Of a DNA stretch of 64,000 bases, positions 32,501 through 47,259 are shown one piece after another (the first letter of the stretch is position 1; every line of letters begins with the position of its first letter). The stretch is from Eledone cirrhosa (taxonomy: Eukaryota), in the NCBI GenBank assembly GCA_964016885.1, contig OZ024756.1:43462001-43526000 (forward strand), written 5' to 3'. The notes beneath the pieces were generated by a model. The model had not been told where the DNA came from. It worked only from the letters and a program-made list of their open reading frames with translations, and made no database searches. A program made the translations under genes and the position numbers.

Positions 32501-34870
32501 ACACTAGAGACAGACATTGGACACACACTAGAGACAGACATTGGACAGACATTAGAGACAGACATTAGACACACACTAGAGACAGACATTGTACACACAC
32601 TAGAGACAGACATTGGAGGCACACTAGAGACAGACATTAGACACACACTAGAGACAGACATTGGACACACACTAGAGACAGACATTGGACACACAATAGA
32701 GACAGACATTGGACACACACTAGAGAGAGACATTGGACACACACTAGAGACAGACATTAGACACACACTAGAGACAGACATTGGATACACACTAGAGACA
32801 GACATTGGACACACACTAGAGACAGACATTGGACACACACAAGAGACAGATATTGGACACACACTAGAGACAGACATTGGACACACACACTGGAAACAGA
32901 CATTGGACACACACACTAGAGACAGACATTGGACACACACACTAGAGACAGCCATTGGACATACACAATAGAGAGAGACATTGGACACACACGAGACAGA
33001 CATTGGACACACACTAGAGAAAGACATCGGACACACACTAGAGACAGACATTGGACACACACTAGAGACAGACATTGGACACACACTAGAGACAGACATT
33101 GGACACACACTAGAGACAGACATTAGACACACACTAGAGACATACATTGGACACACACTAGAGACAGACATTGGACACACACTAGAGACAGACATTGGAC
33201 ACACACTAGAGACAGACATTGGACACACTAGAGAAAGACATTGGACACACACTAGAGACAGACATTGGACACACACTAGACACACACACCAGAGACAAAC
33301 ATTGGACACACACACTAGAGAGAGACATTGGACACGCACTAGAGACAGACTTTGGACACACACTAGACAGACATTGGACACACACTAGAGACAGACATTG
33401 GACACACACTAGACAGACATTGGACACACACTAGAGACAGACATTGGACACACACTAGAGACAGACATTGGACACACACTAGAGACAGACATAGGACACA
33501 CACTAGAGACAGACATTGGACACACACTAGAGACAGACATTGGAGACACACTAGAGACAGACATTGGTCACACACTAGAGACAGACATTGGACACACACT
33601 AGAGACAGACATTGGACACACACTAGAGACAGACATTGTACACACACTAGAGACAGACATTGGAGGCACACTAGAGACAGACATTAGACACACACTAGAG
33701 ACAGACATTGGACACACACTAGAGACAGACATTGGACACACACTAGAGACAGACATTGGACACACACTAGAGACAGACATTGGACACACACTAGAGACAG
33801 ACATTGGACACACACTAGAGACAGACATTGGACACACACTAGAGACAGACATTAGACACACACTAGAGACAGACATTGGACACACACTAGAGACAAACAT
33901 TGGACACACACACTAGAGGGAGACATTTGACATGCACTAGAGACAGACATTGGACACACACTAGACAGACATTGGATACACACTAGAGACAGACATTGGA
34001 CACACACTAGAGACAGACATTGGACACATACTAGTGACAGACATTAGACACACACACCAAAGACAGACATTGGACACACACTAGAGACAGACATTGGACA
34101 CACACTAGAGACAGACATTGGACAGACATTAGAGACAGACATTAGACACACACTAGAGACAGACATTGTACACACACTAGAGACAGACATTGGAGGCACA
34201 CTAGAGACAGACATTAGACACACACTAGAGACAGACATTGGACACACACTAGAGACAGACATTGGACACACAATAGAGACAGACATTGGACACACACTAG
34301 AGAGAGACATTGGACACACACTAGAGACAGACATTAGACACACACTAGAGACAGACATTGGATACACACTAGAGACAGACATTGGACACACACTAGAGAC
34401 AGACATTGGACACACACAAGAGACAGATATTGGACACACACTAGAGACAGACATTGGACACACACACTGGAAACAGACATTGGACACACACACTAGAGAC
34501 AGACATTGGACACACACACTAGAGACAGCCATTGGACATACACAATAGAGAGAGACATTGGACACACACTAGACAGACATTGGACACACACTAGAGAAAG
34601 ACATCGGACACACACTAGAGACAGACATTGGACACACACTAGAGACAGACATTGGACACACACTAGAGACAGACATTGGACACACACTAGAGACAGACAT
34701 TAGACACACACTAGAGACATACATTGGACACACACTAGAGACAGACATTGGACACACACTAGAGACAGACATTGGACACACACTAGAGACAGACATTGGA
34801 CACACTAGAGAAAGACATTGGACACACACTAGAGACAGACATTGGACACACACTAGACACACACACCAGA
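32050..34870 (+). repeat. Higher-order duplication, offset 1577 bp
   Basis: ORF pairs 32467/34044, 32916/34493 and 32929/34506. GAGGGAGACATTTGACATGC at about 32340 and 33917. Confidence 0.8.
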
Positions 34871-37800
34871 GACAGACATTGGACACACACTAGAGACAGA
34901 CATTGGACACACACTAGAGACAGACATTGGACACAAACTAGAGACAGACATTGGACACACACTAGAGACAGACATTGGACACACACTAGTGAGAGACATT
35001 GGACACACACTAGAGACAGACATTGGACACACACTAGACAGACATTGGACACACATGAGAGACAGACATTGGACACACACTAGACACACACACCAGAGAC
35101 AGACATTGGACACACACTAGAGACAGACATTTGACACACACGAGAGACAGACTTTGGACACACACTAGAGACAGACATTGGACACACACTAGAGACAGAC
35201 ATTAAACACACACTAGAGACAGACATTGGACACACACTAGAGACAGACATTGGACACACAGTAGAGAGAGATATTGGACACACACACTAGAGACAGACAT
35301 TGGACACACACTAGAGACAGACATTGAACACACACTTGAGACAGACATTGGACACAGACTAGAGACAGACGTTGGACACACACACTAGAGACAGACATTG
35401 GACACACACTAGAGACAGACATTGGACACACACTAGAGACAGACATTGGACACACACTAGAGACATACATTGGACACACACTAGAGACAGACATTGGATA
35501 CACACTAGAGACAGACATTGGACACACACTAGAGACAGACATTGGACACACACTAGAGACAGACATTAGACACACACTAGAGACAGACATTGGACACACT
35601 AGAGACATACATTGGACAAACACTAGAGACAGACATTGGACACACACTAGTGAGAGACATTGGACACACACTAGAGACAGACATTGGACACACACTAGAG
35701 ACAAACATTGGACACACACACTAGAGAGAGACATTGGACACGCACTAGAGACAGACATTAGACACACACTAGACAGACATTGGACACACATTACAGACAG
35801 ACATTGGAGACACACTAGAGACAGACATTATACACACACACCAGAGACAGACATTGGACACACACTAGAGACAGACATTGGACACACACTAGAGACAGAC
35901 ATGCGACACACACTAGAGACAGACATTAGACACACACTAGAGACAGACATTGGACACATACTAGAGACAGACATTATACACACACACCAGAGACAGACAT
36001 TGGACACACACTAGAGACAGACATTGGACACACACTAGAGACAGACATTGGACACACACTAGAGACAGACATGCGACACACACTAGAGACAGACATTAGA
36101 CACACACTAGAGACAGACATTGGACACACACTAGAGACAGACATTGGAGACACACTAGAGACAGACATTAGACCCACACTAGAGACAGACATTGGACACA
36201 CACTAGAGACATACATTGGACACACACTAGAGACAGACTTTGGACACACACTAGAGACAGACATTGGACATACACACTAGAGAGAGATATTGGACACACA
36301 CACTAGAGACAGACATTGGACACACACTAGAGAGAGACATTGGACACACACTAGAGACAGACTTTGGACACACACCAGAGACAGACATTGGACATACACA
36401 CTAGAGAAAGACATTGGACATACACACTAGAGACAGACATTGGACACACATTAGAGACAGACATTGGACACACACTAGAGATAGACATTGGACACACACT
36501 AGAGACAGACATTAGACACACACTAGAGACAGACATTGGACACACACTAGACACAGACATTGGACACACACACAAGAGAGAGACATTGGACACGCACTAG
36601 AGACAGACATTGGACACACACTAGACAGGCATTGGACACACACTAGAGAGAGACATTGGACACACACTAGAGACAGACATTGGACACACACTAGAGACAG
36701 ACATCGGACACACACTAGAGACAGACATTGGACACACACTAGAGACAGACATTGGACACACACTAGAGAGAGATATTGGACACACACAAGACGCAGACAT
36801 CGGACACACGCTAGAGACAAACATTGGACACACACACTAGAGAGAGATATTGGACACGCACTAGAGACAGACATTGGACACACACTAGACAGACATTGGA
36901 CACACACTAGAGACAGACATTGGACACACACTAGAGACAGACATTGGACACACTTGAGACAGACATTGGACAAACACTAGAGACAGACATTGGACACACA
37001 CTAGTGAGAGACATTGGACACACACTAGAGACAGACATTGGACACACACTAGAGACAAACATTGGACACACACACTAGAGAGAGACATTGGACACGCACT
37101 AGAGACAGACATTAGACACACACTAGACAGACATTGGACACACATTACAGACAGACATTGGACACACACTAGAGACAGACATTGGACACACACTAGAGAC
37201 AGACATTGGACACACACTAGAGACAGACAAGCGACACACACTAGAGACAGACATTAGACACACACTAGAGACAGACATTGGACACACACTAGAGACAGAC
37301 ATTGGAGACACACTAGAGACAAACATTAGACCCACACTAGAGACAGACATTGGACACACACTAGAGACATACATTGGACACACACTAGAGACAGACTTTG
37401 GACACACACTAGAGACAGACATTGGACATACACACTAGAGAGAGATATTGGACACACACACTAGAGACAGACATTGGACACACACTAGAGACAGACATTG
37501 GACACACACTAGAGACAGACTTTGGACACACACTAGAGACAGACATTGGACATACACACTAGAGAAAGACATTGGACATACACACTAGAGACAGACATTG
37601 GACACACATTAGAGACAGACATTGGACACACACTAGAGATAGACATTGGACACACACTAGAGACAGACATTAGACACACACTAGAGACAGACATTGGACA
37701 CACACTAGACACAGACATTGGACACACACACTAGAGAGAGACATTGGACACGCACTAGAGACAGACATTGGACACACACTAGACAGGCATTGGACACACA

Positions 37801-40800
37801 CTAGAGAGAGACATTGGACACACACTAGAGACAGACATTGGACACACACTAGAGACAGACATCGGACACACACTAGAGACAGACATTGGACACACACTAG
37901 AGACAGACATTGGACACACACTAGAGAGAGATATTGGACACACACTAGACGCAGACATCGGACACACGCTAGAGACAAACATTGGACACACACACTAGAG
38001 ACAGACATTGGACACACACTAGAGACAGACATTGGACACACACTAGAGACAGACATAGGACACACACTAGAGACAGACATTGGACACACACTAGAGACAG
38101 ACATTGGACACACACTAGAGACAGACATTGGTCACACACTAGAGACAGACATTGGACACACACTAGAGACAGACATTGGAGACACACTAGAGATAGACAT
38201 TGGACACACACTAGAGACAGACATTGGACACACACTAGAGACAGACATTGGACACACACTAGAGACAGACATTGTACACACACTAGAGACAGACATTGGA
38301 GGCACACTAGAGACAGACATTAGACACACACTAGAGACAGACATTGAACACACACTAGAGACAGACATTGGACACACACTAGAGACAGACATTGGACACA
38401 CACTAGAGACAGACATTGGACACACACTAGAGACAGACATTGGACACACACTAGAGACAGACATTGGACACACACTAGAGACAGACATTAGACACACACT
38501 AGAGACAGACATTGGACACACACTAGAGACAAACATTGGACACACACACTAGAGGGAGACATTTGACATGCACTAGAGACAGACATTGGACACACACTAG
38601 ACAGACATTGGATACACACTAGAGACAGACATTGGACACACACTAGGGACAGACATTGGACACATACTAGTGACAGACATTAGACACACACACCAAAGAC
38701 AGACATTGGACACACACTAGAGACAGACATTGGACACACACTAGAGACAGACATTGGACAGACATTGGACAGACATTAGAGACAGACATTAGACACACAC
38801 TAGAGACAGACATTGTACACACACTAGAGACAGACATTGGAGGCACACTAGAGACAGACATTAGACACACACTAGAGACAGACATTGGACACACACTAGA
38901 GACAGACATTGGACACACAATAGAGACAGACATTGGACACACACTAGAGAGAGACATTGGACACACACTAGAGACAGACATTAGACACACACTAGAGACA
39001 GACATTGGATACACACTAGAGACAGACATTGGACACACACTAGAGACAGACATTGGACACACACAAGAGACAGATATTGGACACACACTAGAGACAGACA
39101 TTGGACACACACACTGGAAACAGACATTGGACACACACACTAGAGACAGACATTGGACACACACACTAGAGACAGCCATTGGACATACACAATAGAGAGA
39201 GACATTGGACACACACTAGACAGACATTGGACACACACTAGAGAAAGACATCGGACACACACTAGAGACAGACATTGGACACACACTAGAGACAGACATT
39301 GGACACACACTAGAGACAGACATTGGACACACACTAGAGACAGACATTAGACACACACTAGAGACATACATTGGACACACACTAGAGACAGACATTGGAC
39401 ACACACTAGAGACAGACATTGGACACACACTAGAGACAGACATTGGACACACTAGAGAAAGACATTGGACACACACTAGAGACAGACATTGGACACACAC
39501 TAGACACACACACCAGAGACAGACATTGGACACACACTAGAGACAGACATTGGACACACACTAGAGACAGACATTGGACACAAACTAGAGACAGACATTG
39601 GACACACACTAGAGACAGACATTGGACACACACTAGTGAGAGACATTGGACACACACTAGAGACAGACATTGGACACACACTAGACAGACATTGGACACA
39701 CATGAGAGACAGACATTGGACACACACTAGACACACACACCAGAGACAGACATTGGACACACACTAGAGACAGACATTGGACACACACGAGAGACAGACA
39801 TTGGACACACACTAGAGACAGACATTGGACACACACTAGAGACAGACATTAAACACACACTAGAGACAGACATTGGACACACACTAGAGACAGACATTGG
39901 ACATACAGTAGAGAGAGATATTGGACACACACACTAGAGACAGACATTGGACACACACTAGAGACAGACATTGAACACACACTTGAGACAGACATTGGAC
40001 ACAGACTAGAGACAGACGTTGGACACACACACTAGAGACAGACATTGGACACACACTAGAGACAGACATTGGACACACACTAGAGACAGACATTGGACAC
40101 ACACTAGAGACATACATTGGACACACACTAGAGACAGACATTGGATACACACTAGAGACAGACATTGGACACACACTAGAGACAGACATTGGACACACAC
40201 TAGAGACAGACATTAGACACACACTAGAGACAGACATTGGACACACTAGAGACATACATTGGACAAACACTAGAGACAGACATTGGACACACACTAGTGA
40301 GAGACATTGGACACACACTAGAGACAGACATTGGACACACACTAGAGACAAACATTGGACACACACACTAGAGAGAGACATTGGACACGCACTAGAGACA
40401 GACATTAGACACACACTAGACAGACATTGGACACACATTACAGACAGACATTGGAGACACACTAGAGACAGACATTATACACACACACCAGAGACAGACA
40501 TTGGACACACACTAGAGACAGACATTGGACACACACTAGAGACAGACATGCGACACACACTAGAGACAGACATTAGACACACACTAGAGACAGACATTGG
40601 ACACATACTAGAGACAGACATTATACACACACACCAGAGACAGACATTGGACACACACTAGAGACAGACATTGGACACACACTAGAGACAGACATTGGAC
40701 ACACACTAGAGACAGACATGCGACACACACTAGAGACAGACATTAGACACACACTAGAGACAGACATTGGACACACACTAGAGACAGACATTGGAGACAC

Positions 40801-41600
40801 ACTAGAGACAGACATTAGACCCACACTAGAGACAGACATTGGACACACACTAGAGACATACATTGGACACACACTAGAGACAGACTTTGGACACACACTA
40901 GAGACAGACATTGGACATACACACTAGAGAGAGATATTGGACACACACACTAGAGACAGACATTGGACACACACTAGAGAGAGACATTGGACACACACTA
41001 GAGACAGACTTTGGACACACACCAGAGACAGACATTGGACATACACACTAGAGAAAGACATTGGACATACACACTAGAGACAGACATTGGACACACATTA
41101 GAGACAGACATTGGACACACACTAGAGATAGACATTGGACACACACTAGAGACAGACATTAGACACACACTAGAGACAGACATTGGACACACACTAGACA
41201 CAGACATTGGACACACACACTAGAGAGAGACATTGGACACGCACTAGAGACAGACATTGGACACACACTAGACAGGCATTGGACACACACTAGAGAGAGA
41301 CATTGGACACACACTAGAGACAGACATTGGACACACACTAGAGACAGACATCGGACACACACTAGAGACAGACATTGGACACACACTAGAGACAGACATT
41401 GGACACACACTAGAGAGAGATATTGGACACACACAAGACGCAGACATCGGACACACGCTAGAGACAAACATTGGACACACACACTAGAGAGAGATATTGG
41501 ACACGCACTAGAGACAGACATTGGACACACACTAGACAGACATTGGACACACACTAGAGACAGACATTGGACACACACTAGAGACAGACATTGGACACAC
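33600..41600 (+). repeat. Higher-order duplication, offset 4647 bp (about 33.6-36.95 kb repeated at about 38.25-41.6 kb)
   Basis: ORF pairs 34493/39140, 34569/39216, 35237/39884, 35974/40621, 36512/41159 and 36621/41268 are all +4647. Confidence 0.85.
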
Positions 41601-44600
41601 ACTAGAGACAGACATTGGACACACACTAGAGACAGACATTGGACACACACTAGAGACAGACATAGGACACACACTAGAGACAGACATTGGACACACACTA
41701 GAGACAGACATTGGACACATACTAGAGACAGACATTGGACACACACTAGAGACAGATATTAGACACACACTAGAGACAGACATTGGACACACACTAGAGA
41801 CAGACATTGGACACACACTAGAGACAGACATTGGAGACACACTAGAGATAGACATTGGACACACACTAGAGACAGACATTGGACACACACTAGAGACAGA
41901 CATTGGACACACACTAGAGACGGACATTAGACACACACTAGAGACAGACATTGGACACACTCTAGTGAGAAATATTGGACACACACACTAGAGACAGACA
42001 TTGGAGACACACTAGAGACAGACATTGGATACACACTAGAGACAGACATTGGACACACACTAGAGACAGACATTGGACACACACAAGAGACAGATATTGG
42101 ACACACACTAGAGACAGACATTGGACACACACACTGGAAACAGACATTGGACACACACACTAGAGACAGACATTAGACACACACTAGAGACAGACATTGG
42201 ATACACACTAGAGACAGACATTGGACACACACTAGAGACAGACATTGGACACACACAAGAGACAGATATTGGACACACACTAGAGACAGACATTGGACAC
42301 ACACACTGGAAACAGACATTGGACACACACACTAGAAACAGACATTGGACACACACACTAGAGACAGCCATTGGACATACACACTAGAGAGAGACATTGG
42401 ACACACACTAGACAGACATTGGACACACACTAGAGAAAGACATCGGACACACACTAGAGACAGACATTGGACACACACTAGAGACAGACATTGGACACAC
42501 ACTAGAGACAGACATTGGACACACACTAGAGACAGACATTAGACACACACTAGAGACATACATTGGACACACACTAGAGACAGACATTGGACACACACTA
42601 GAGACAGACATTGGACACACACTAGAGACAGACATTGGACACACTAGAGAAAGACATTGGACACACACTAGAGACAGACATTGGACACACACTAGACACA
42701 CACACCAGAGACAGACATTGGACACACACTAGAGACAGACATTGGACACACACTAGAGACAGACATTGGACACAAACTAGAGACAGACATTGGACACACA
42801 CTAGAGACAGACATTGGACACACACTAGTGAGAGACATTGGACACACACTAGAGACAGACATTGGACACACACTAGACAGACATTGGACACACATGAGAG
42901 ACAGACATTGGACACACACTAGACACACACACCAGAGACAGACATTGGACACACACTAGAGACAGACATAGGACACACACGAGAGACAGACATTGGACAC
43001 ACACTAGAGACAGACATTGGACACACACTAGAGACAGACATTAAACACACACTAGAGACAGACATTGGACACACACTAGAGACAGACATTGGACACACAG
43101 TAGAGAGAGATATTGGACACACACACTAGAGACAGACATTGGACACACACTAGAGACAGACATTGAACACACACTTGAGACAGACATTGGACACAGACTA
43201 GAGACAGACGTTGGACACACACACTAGAGACAGACATTGGACACACACTAGAGACAGACATTGGACACACACTAGAGACAGACATTGGACACACACTAGA
43301 GACATACATTGGACACACACTATAGACAGACATTGGATACACACTAGAGACAGACATTGGACACACACTAGAGACAGACTTTGGACACACACTAGAGACA
43401 GACATTGGACACACACTAGAGACAGACATTAGACACACACTAGAGACAGACATTAGACACACACTAGAGACAGACATTCGAAACACACTAGAGACAGACA
43501 TTCGACACACACTAGAGACAGACATTGGACACACACTAGAGACAGACATTAGACACACACTAGAGACAGACATTGGACACACTAGAGACATACATTGGAC
43601 AAACACTAGAGACAGACATTGGACACACACTAGTGAGAGGCATTGGACACACACTAGAGACAGACATTGGACACACACTAGAGACAAACATTGGACACAC
43701 ACACTAGAGAGAGACATTGGACACGCACTAGAGACAGACATTAGACACACACTAGACAGACATTGGACACACATTACAGACAGACATTGGAGACACACTA
43801 GAGACAGACATTATACACACACACCAGAGACAGACATTGGACACACACTAGAGACAGACATTGGACACACACTAGAGACAGACATGCGACACACACTAGA
43901 GACAGACATTAGACACACACTAGAGACAGACATTGGACACATACTAGAGACAGACATTATACACACACACCAGAGACAGACATTGGACACACACTAGAGA
44001 CAGACATTGGACACACACTAGAGACAGACATTGGACACACACTAGAGACAGACATGCGACACACACTAGAGACAGACATTAGACACACACTAGAGACAGA
44101 CATTGGACACACACTAGAGACAGACATTGGAGACACACTAGAGACAGACATTAGACCCACACTAGAGACAGACATTGGACACACACTAGAGACATACATT
44201 GGACACACACTAGAGACAGACTTTGGACACACACTAGAGACAGACATTGGACATACACACTAGAGAGAGATATTGGACACACACACTAGAGACAGACATT
44301 GGACACACACTAGAGAGAGACATTGGACACACACTAGAGACAGACTTTGGACACACACCAGAGACAGACATTGGACATACACACTAGAGAAAGACATTGG
44401 ACATACACACTAGAGACAGACATTGGACACACATTAGAGACAGACATTGGACACACACTAGAGATAGACATTGGACACACACTAGAGACAGACATTAGAC
44501 ACACACTAGAGACAGACATTGGACACACACTAGACACAGACATTGGACACACACACTAGAGAGAGACATTGGACACGCACTAGAGACAGACATTGGACAC

Positions 44601-47120
44601 ACACTAGACAGGCATTGGACACACACTAGAGAGAGACATTGGACACACACTAGAGACAGACATTGGACACACACTAGAGACAGACATCGGACACACACTA
44701 GAGACAGACATTGGACACACACTAGAGACAGACATTGGACACACACTAGAGAGAGATATTGGACACACACAAGACGCAGACATCGGACACACGCTAGAGA
44801 CAAACATTGGACACACACACTAGAGAGAGATATTGGACACGCACTAGAGACAGACATTGGACACACACTAGACAGACATTGGACACACACTAGAGACAGA
44901 CATTGGACACACACTAGAGACAGACATTGGACACACACTAGAGACAGACATTGGACACACACTAGAGACAGACATTGGACACACACTAGAGACAGACATA
45001 GGACACACACTAGAGACAGACATTGGACACACACTAGAGACAGACATTGGACACATACTAGAGACAGACATTGGACACACACTAGAGACAGATATTAGAC
45101 ACACACTAGAGACAGACATTGGACACACACTAGAGACAGACATTGGACACACACTAGAGACAGACATTGGAGACACACTAGAGATAGACATTGGACACAC
45201 ACTAGAGACAGACATTGGACACACACTAGAGACAGACATTGGACACACACTAGAGACGGACATTAGACACACACTAGAGACAGACATTGGACACACTCTA
45301 GTGAGAAATATTGGACACACACACTAGAGACAGACATTGGAGACACACTAGAGACAGACATTGGATACACACTAGAGACAGACATTGGACACACACTAGA
45401 GACAGACATTGGACACACACAAGAGACAGATATTGGACACACACTAGAGACAGACATTGGACACACACACTGGAAACAGACATTGGACACACACACTAGA
45501 GACAGACATTAGACACACACTAGAGACAGACATTGGATACACACTAGAGACAGACATTGGACACACACTAGAGACAGACATTGGACACACACAAGAGACA
45601 GATATTGGACACACACTAGAGACAGACATTGGACACACACACTGGAAACAGACATTGGACACACACACTAGAAACAGACATTGGACACACACACTAGAGA
45701 CAGCCATTGGACATACACACTAGAGAGAGACATTGGACACACACTAGACAGACATTGGACACACACTAGAGAAAGACATCGGACACACACTAGAGACAGA
45801 CATTGGACACACACTAGAGACAGACATTGGACACACACTAGAGACAGACATTGGACACACACTAGAGACAGACATTAGACACACACTAGAGACATACATT
45901 GGACACACACTAGAGACAGACATTGGACACACACTAGAGACAGACATTGGACACACACTAGAGACAGACATTGGACACACTAGAGAAAGACATTGGACAC
46001 ACACTAGAGACAGACATTGGACACACACTAGACACACACACCAGAGACAGACATTGGACACACACTAGAGACAGACATTGGACACACACTAGAGACAGAC
46101 ATTGGACACAAACTAGAGACAGACATTGGACACACACTAGAGACAGACATTGGACACACACTAGTGAGAGACATTGGACACACACTAGAGACAGACATTG
46201 GACACACACTAGACAGACATTGGACACACATGAGAGACAGACATTGGACACACACTAGACACACACACCAGAGACAGACATTGGACACACACTAGAGACA
46301 GACATAGGACACACACGAGAGACAGACATTGGACACACACTAGAGACAGACATTGGACACACACTAGAGACAGACATTAAACACACACTAGAGACAGACA
46401 TTGGACACACACTAGAGACAGACATTGGACACACAGTAGAGAGAGATATTGGACACACACACTAGAGACAGACATTGGACACACACTAGAGACAGACATT
46501 GAACACACACTTGAGACAGACATTGGACACAGACTAGAGACAGACGTTGGACACACACACTAGAGACAGACATTGGACACACACTAGAGACAGACATTGG
46601 ACACACACTAGAGACAGACATTGGACACACACTAGAGACATACATTGGACACACACTATAGACAGACATTGGATACACACTAGAGACAGACATTGGACAC
46701 ACACTAGAGACAGACTTTGGACACACACTAGAGACAGACATTGGACACACACTAGAGACAGACATTAGACACACACTAGAGACAGACATTAGACACACAC
46801 TAGAGACAGACATTCGAAACACACTAGAGACAGACATTCGACACACACTAGAGACAGACATTGGACACACACTAGAGACAGACATTAGACACACACTAGA
46901 GACAGACATTGGACACACTAGAGACATACATTGGACAAACACTAGAGACAGACATTGGACACACACTAGTGAGAGGCATTGGACACACACTAGAGACAGA
47001 CATTGGACACACACTAGAGACAAACATTGGACACACACACTAGAGAGAGACATTGGACACGCACTAGAGACAGACATTAGACACACACTAGACAGACATT
47101 GGACACACATTACAGACAGA
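40170..47120 (+). repeat. Near-perfect tandem duplication, period 3336 bp (139 x 24)
   Basis: ORF pairs 40621/43957, 41159/44495, 41532/44868, 42108/45444, 42408/45744, 42919/46255 and 43076/46412 are all +3336 with essentially identical translations. Confidence 0.92.
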
Positions 47121-47259
47121 CATTGGACACACACTAGAGACAGACATTGGACACATACTAGAGCCAGACATTATACACACACACCAGAGACAGACATTGG
47201 ACACACACTAGAGACAGACATTGGACACACACTAGAGACAGACATTGGACACACACTAG

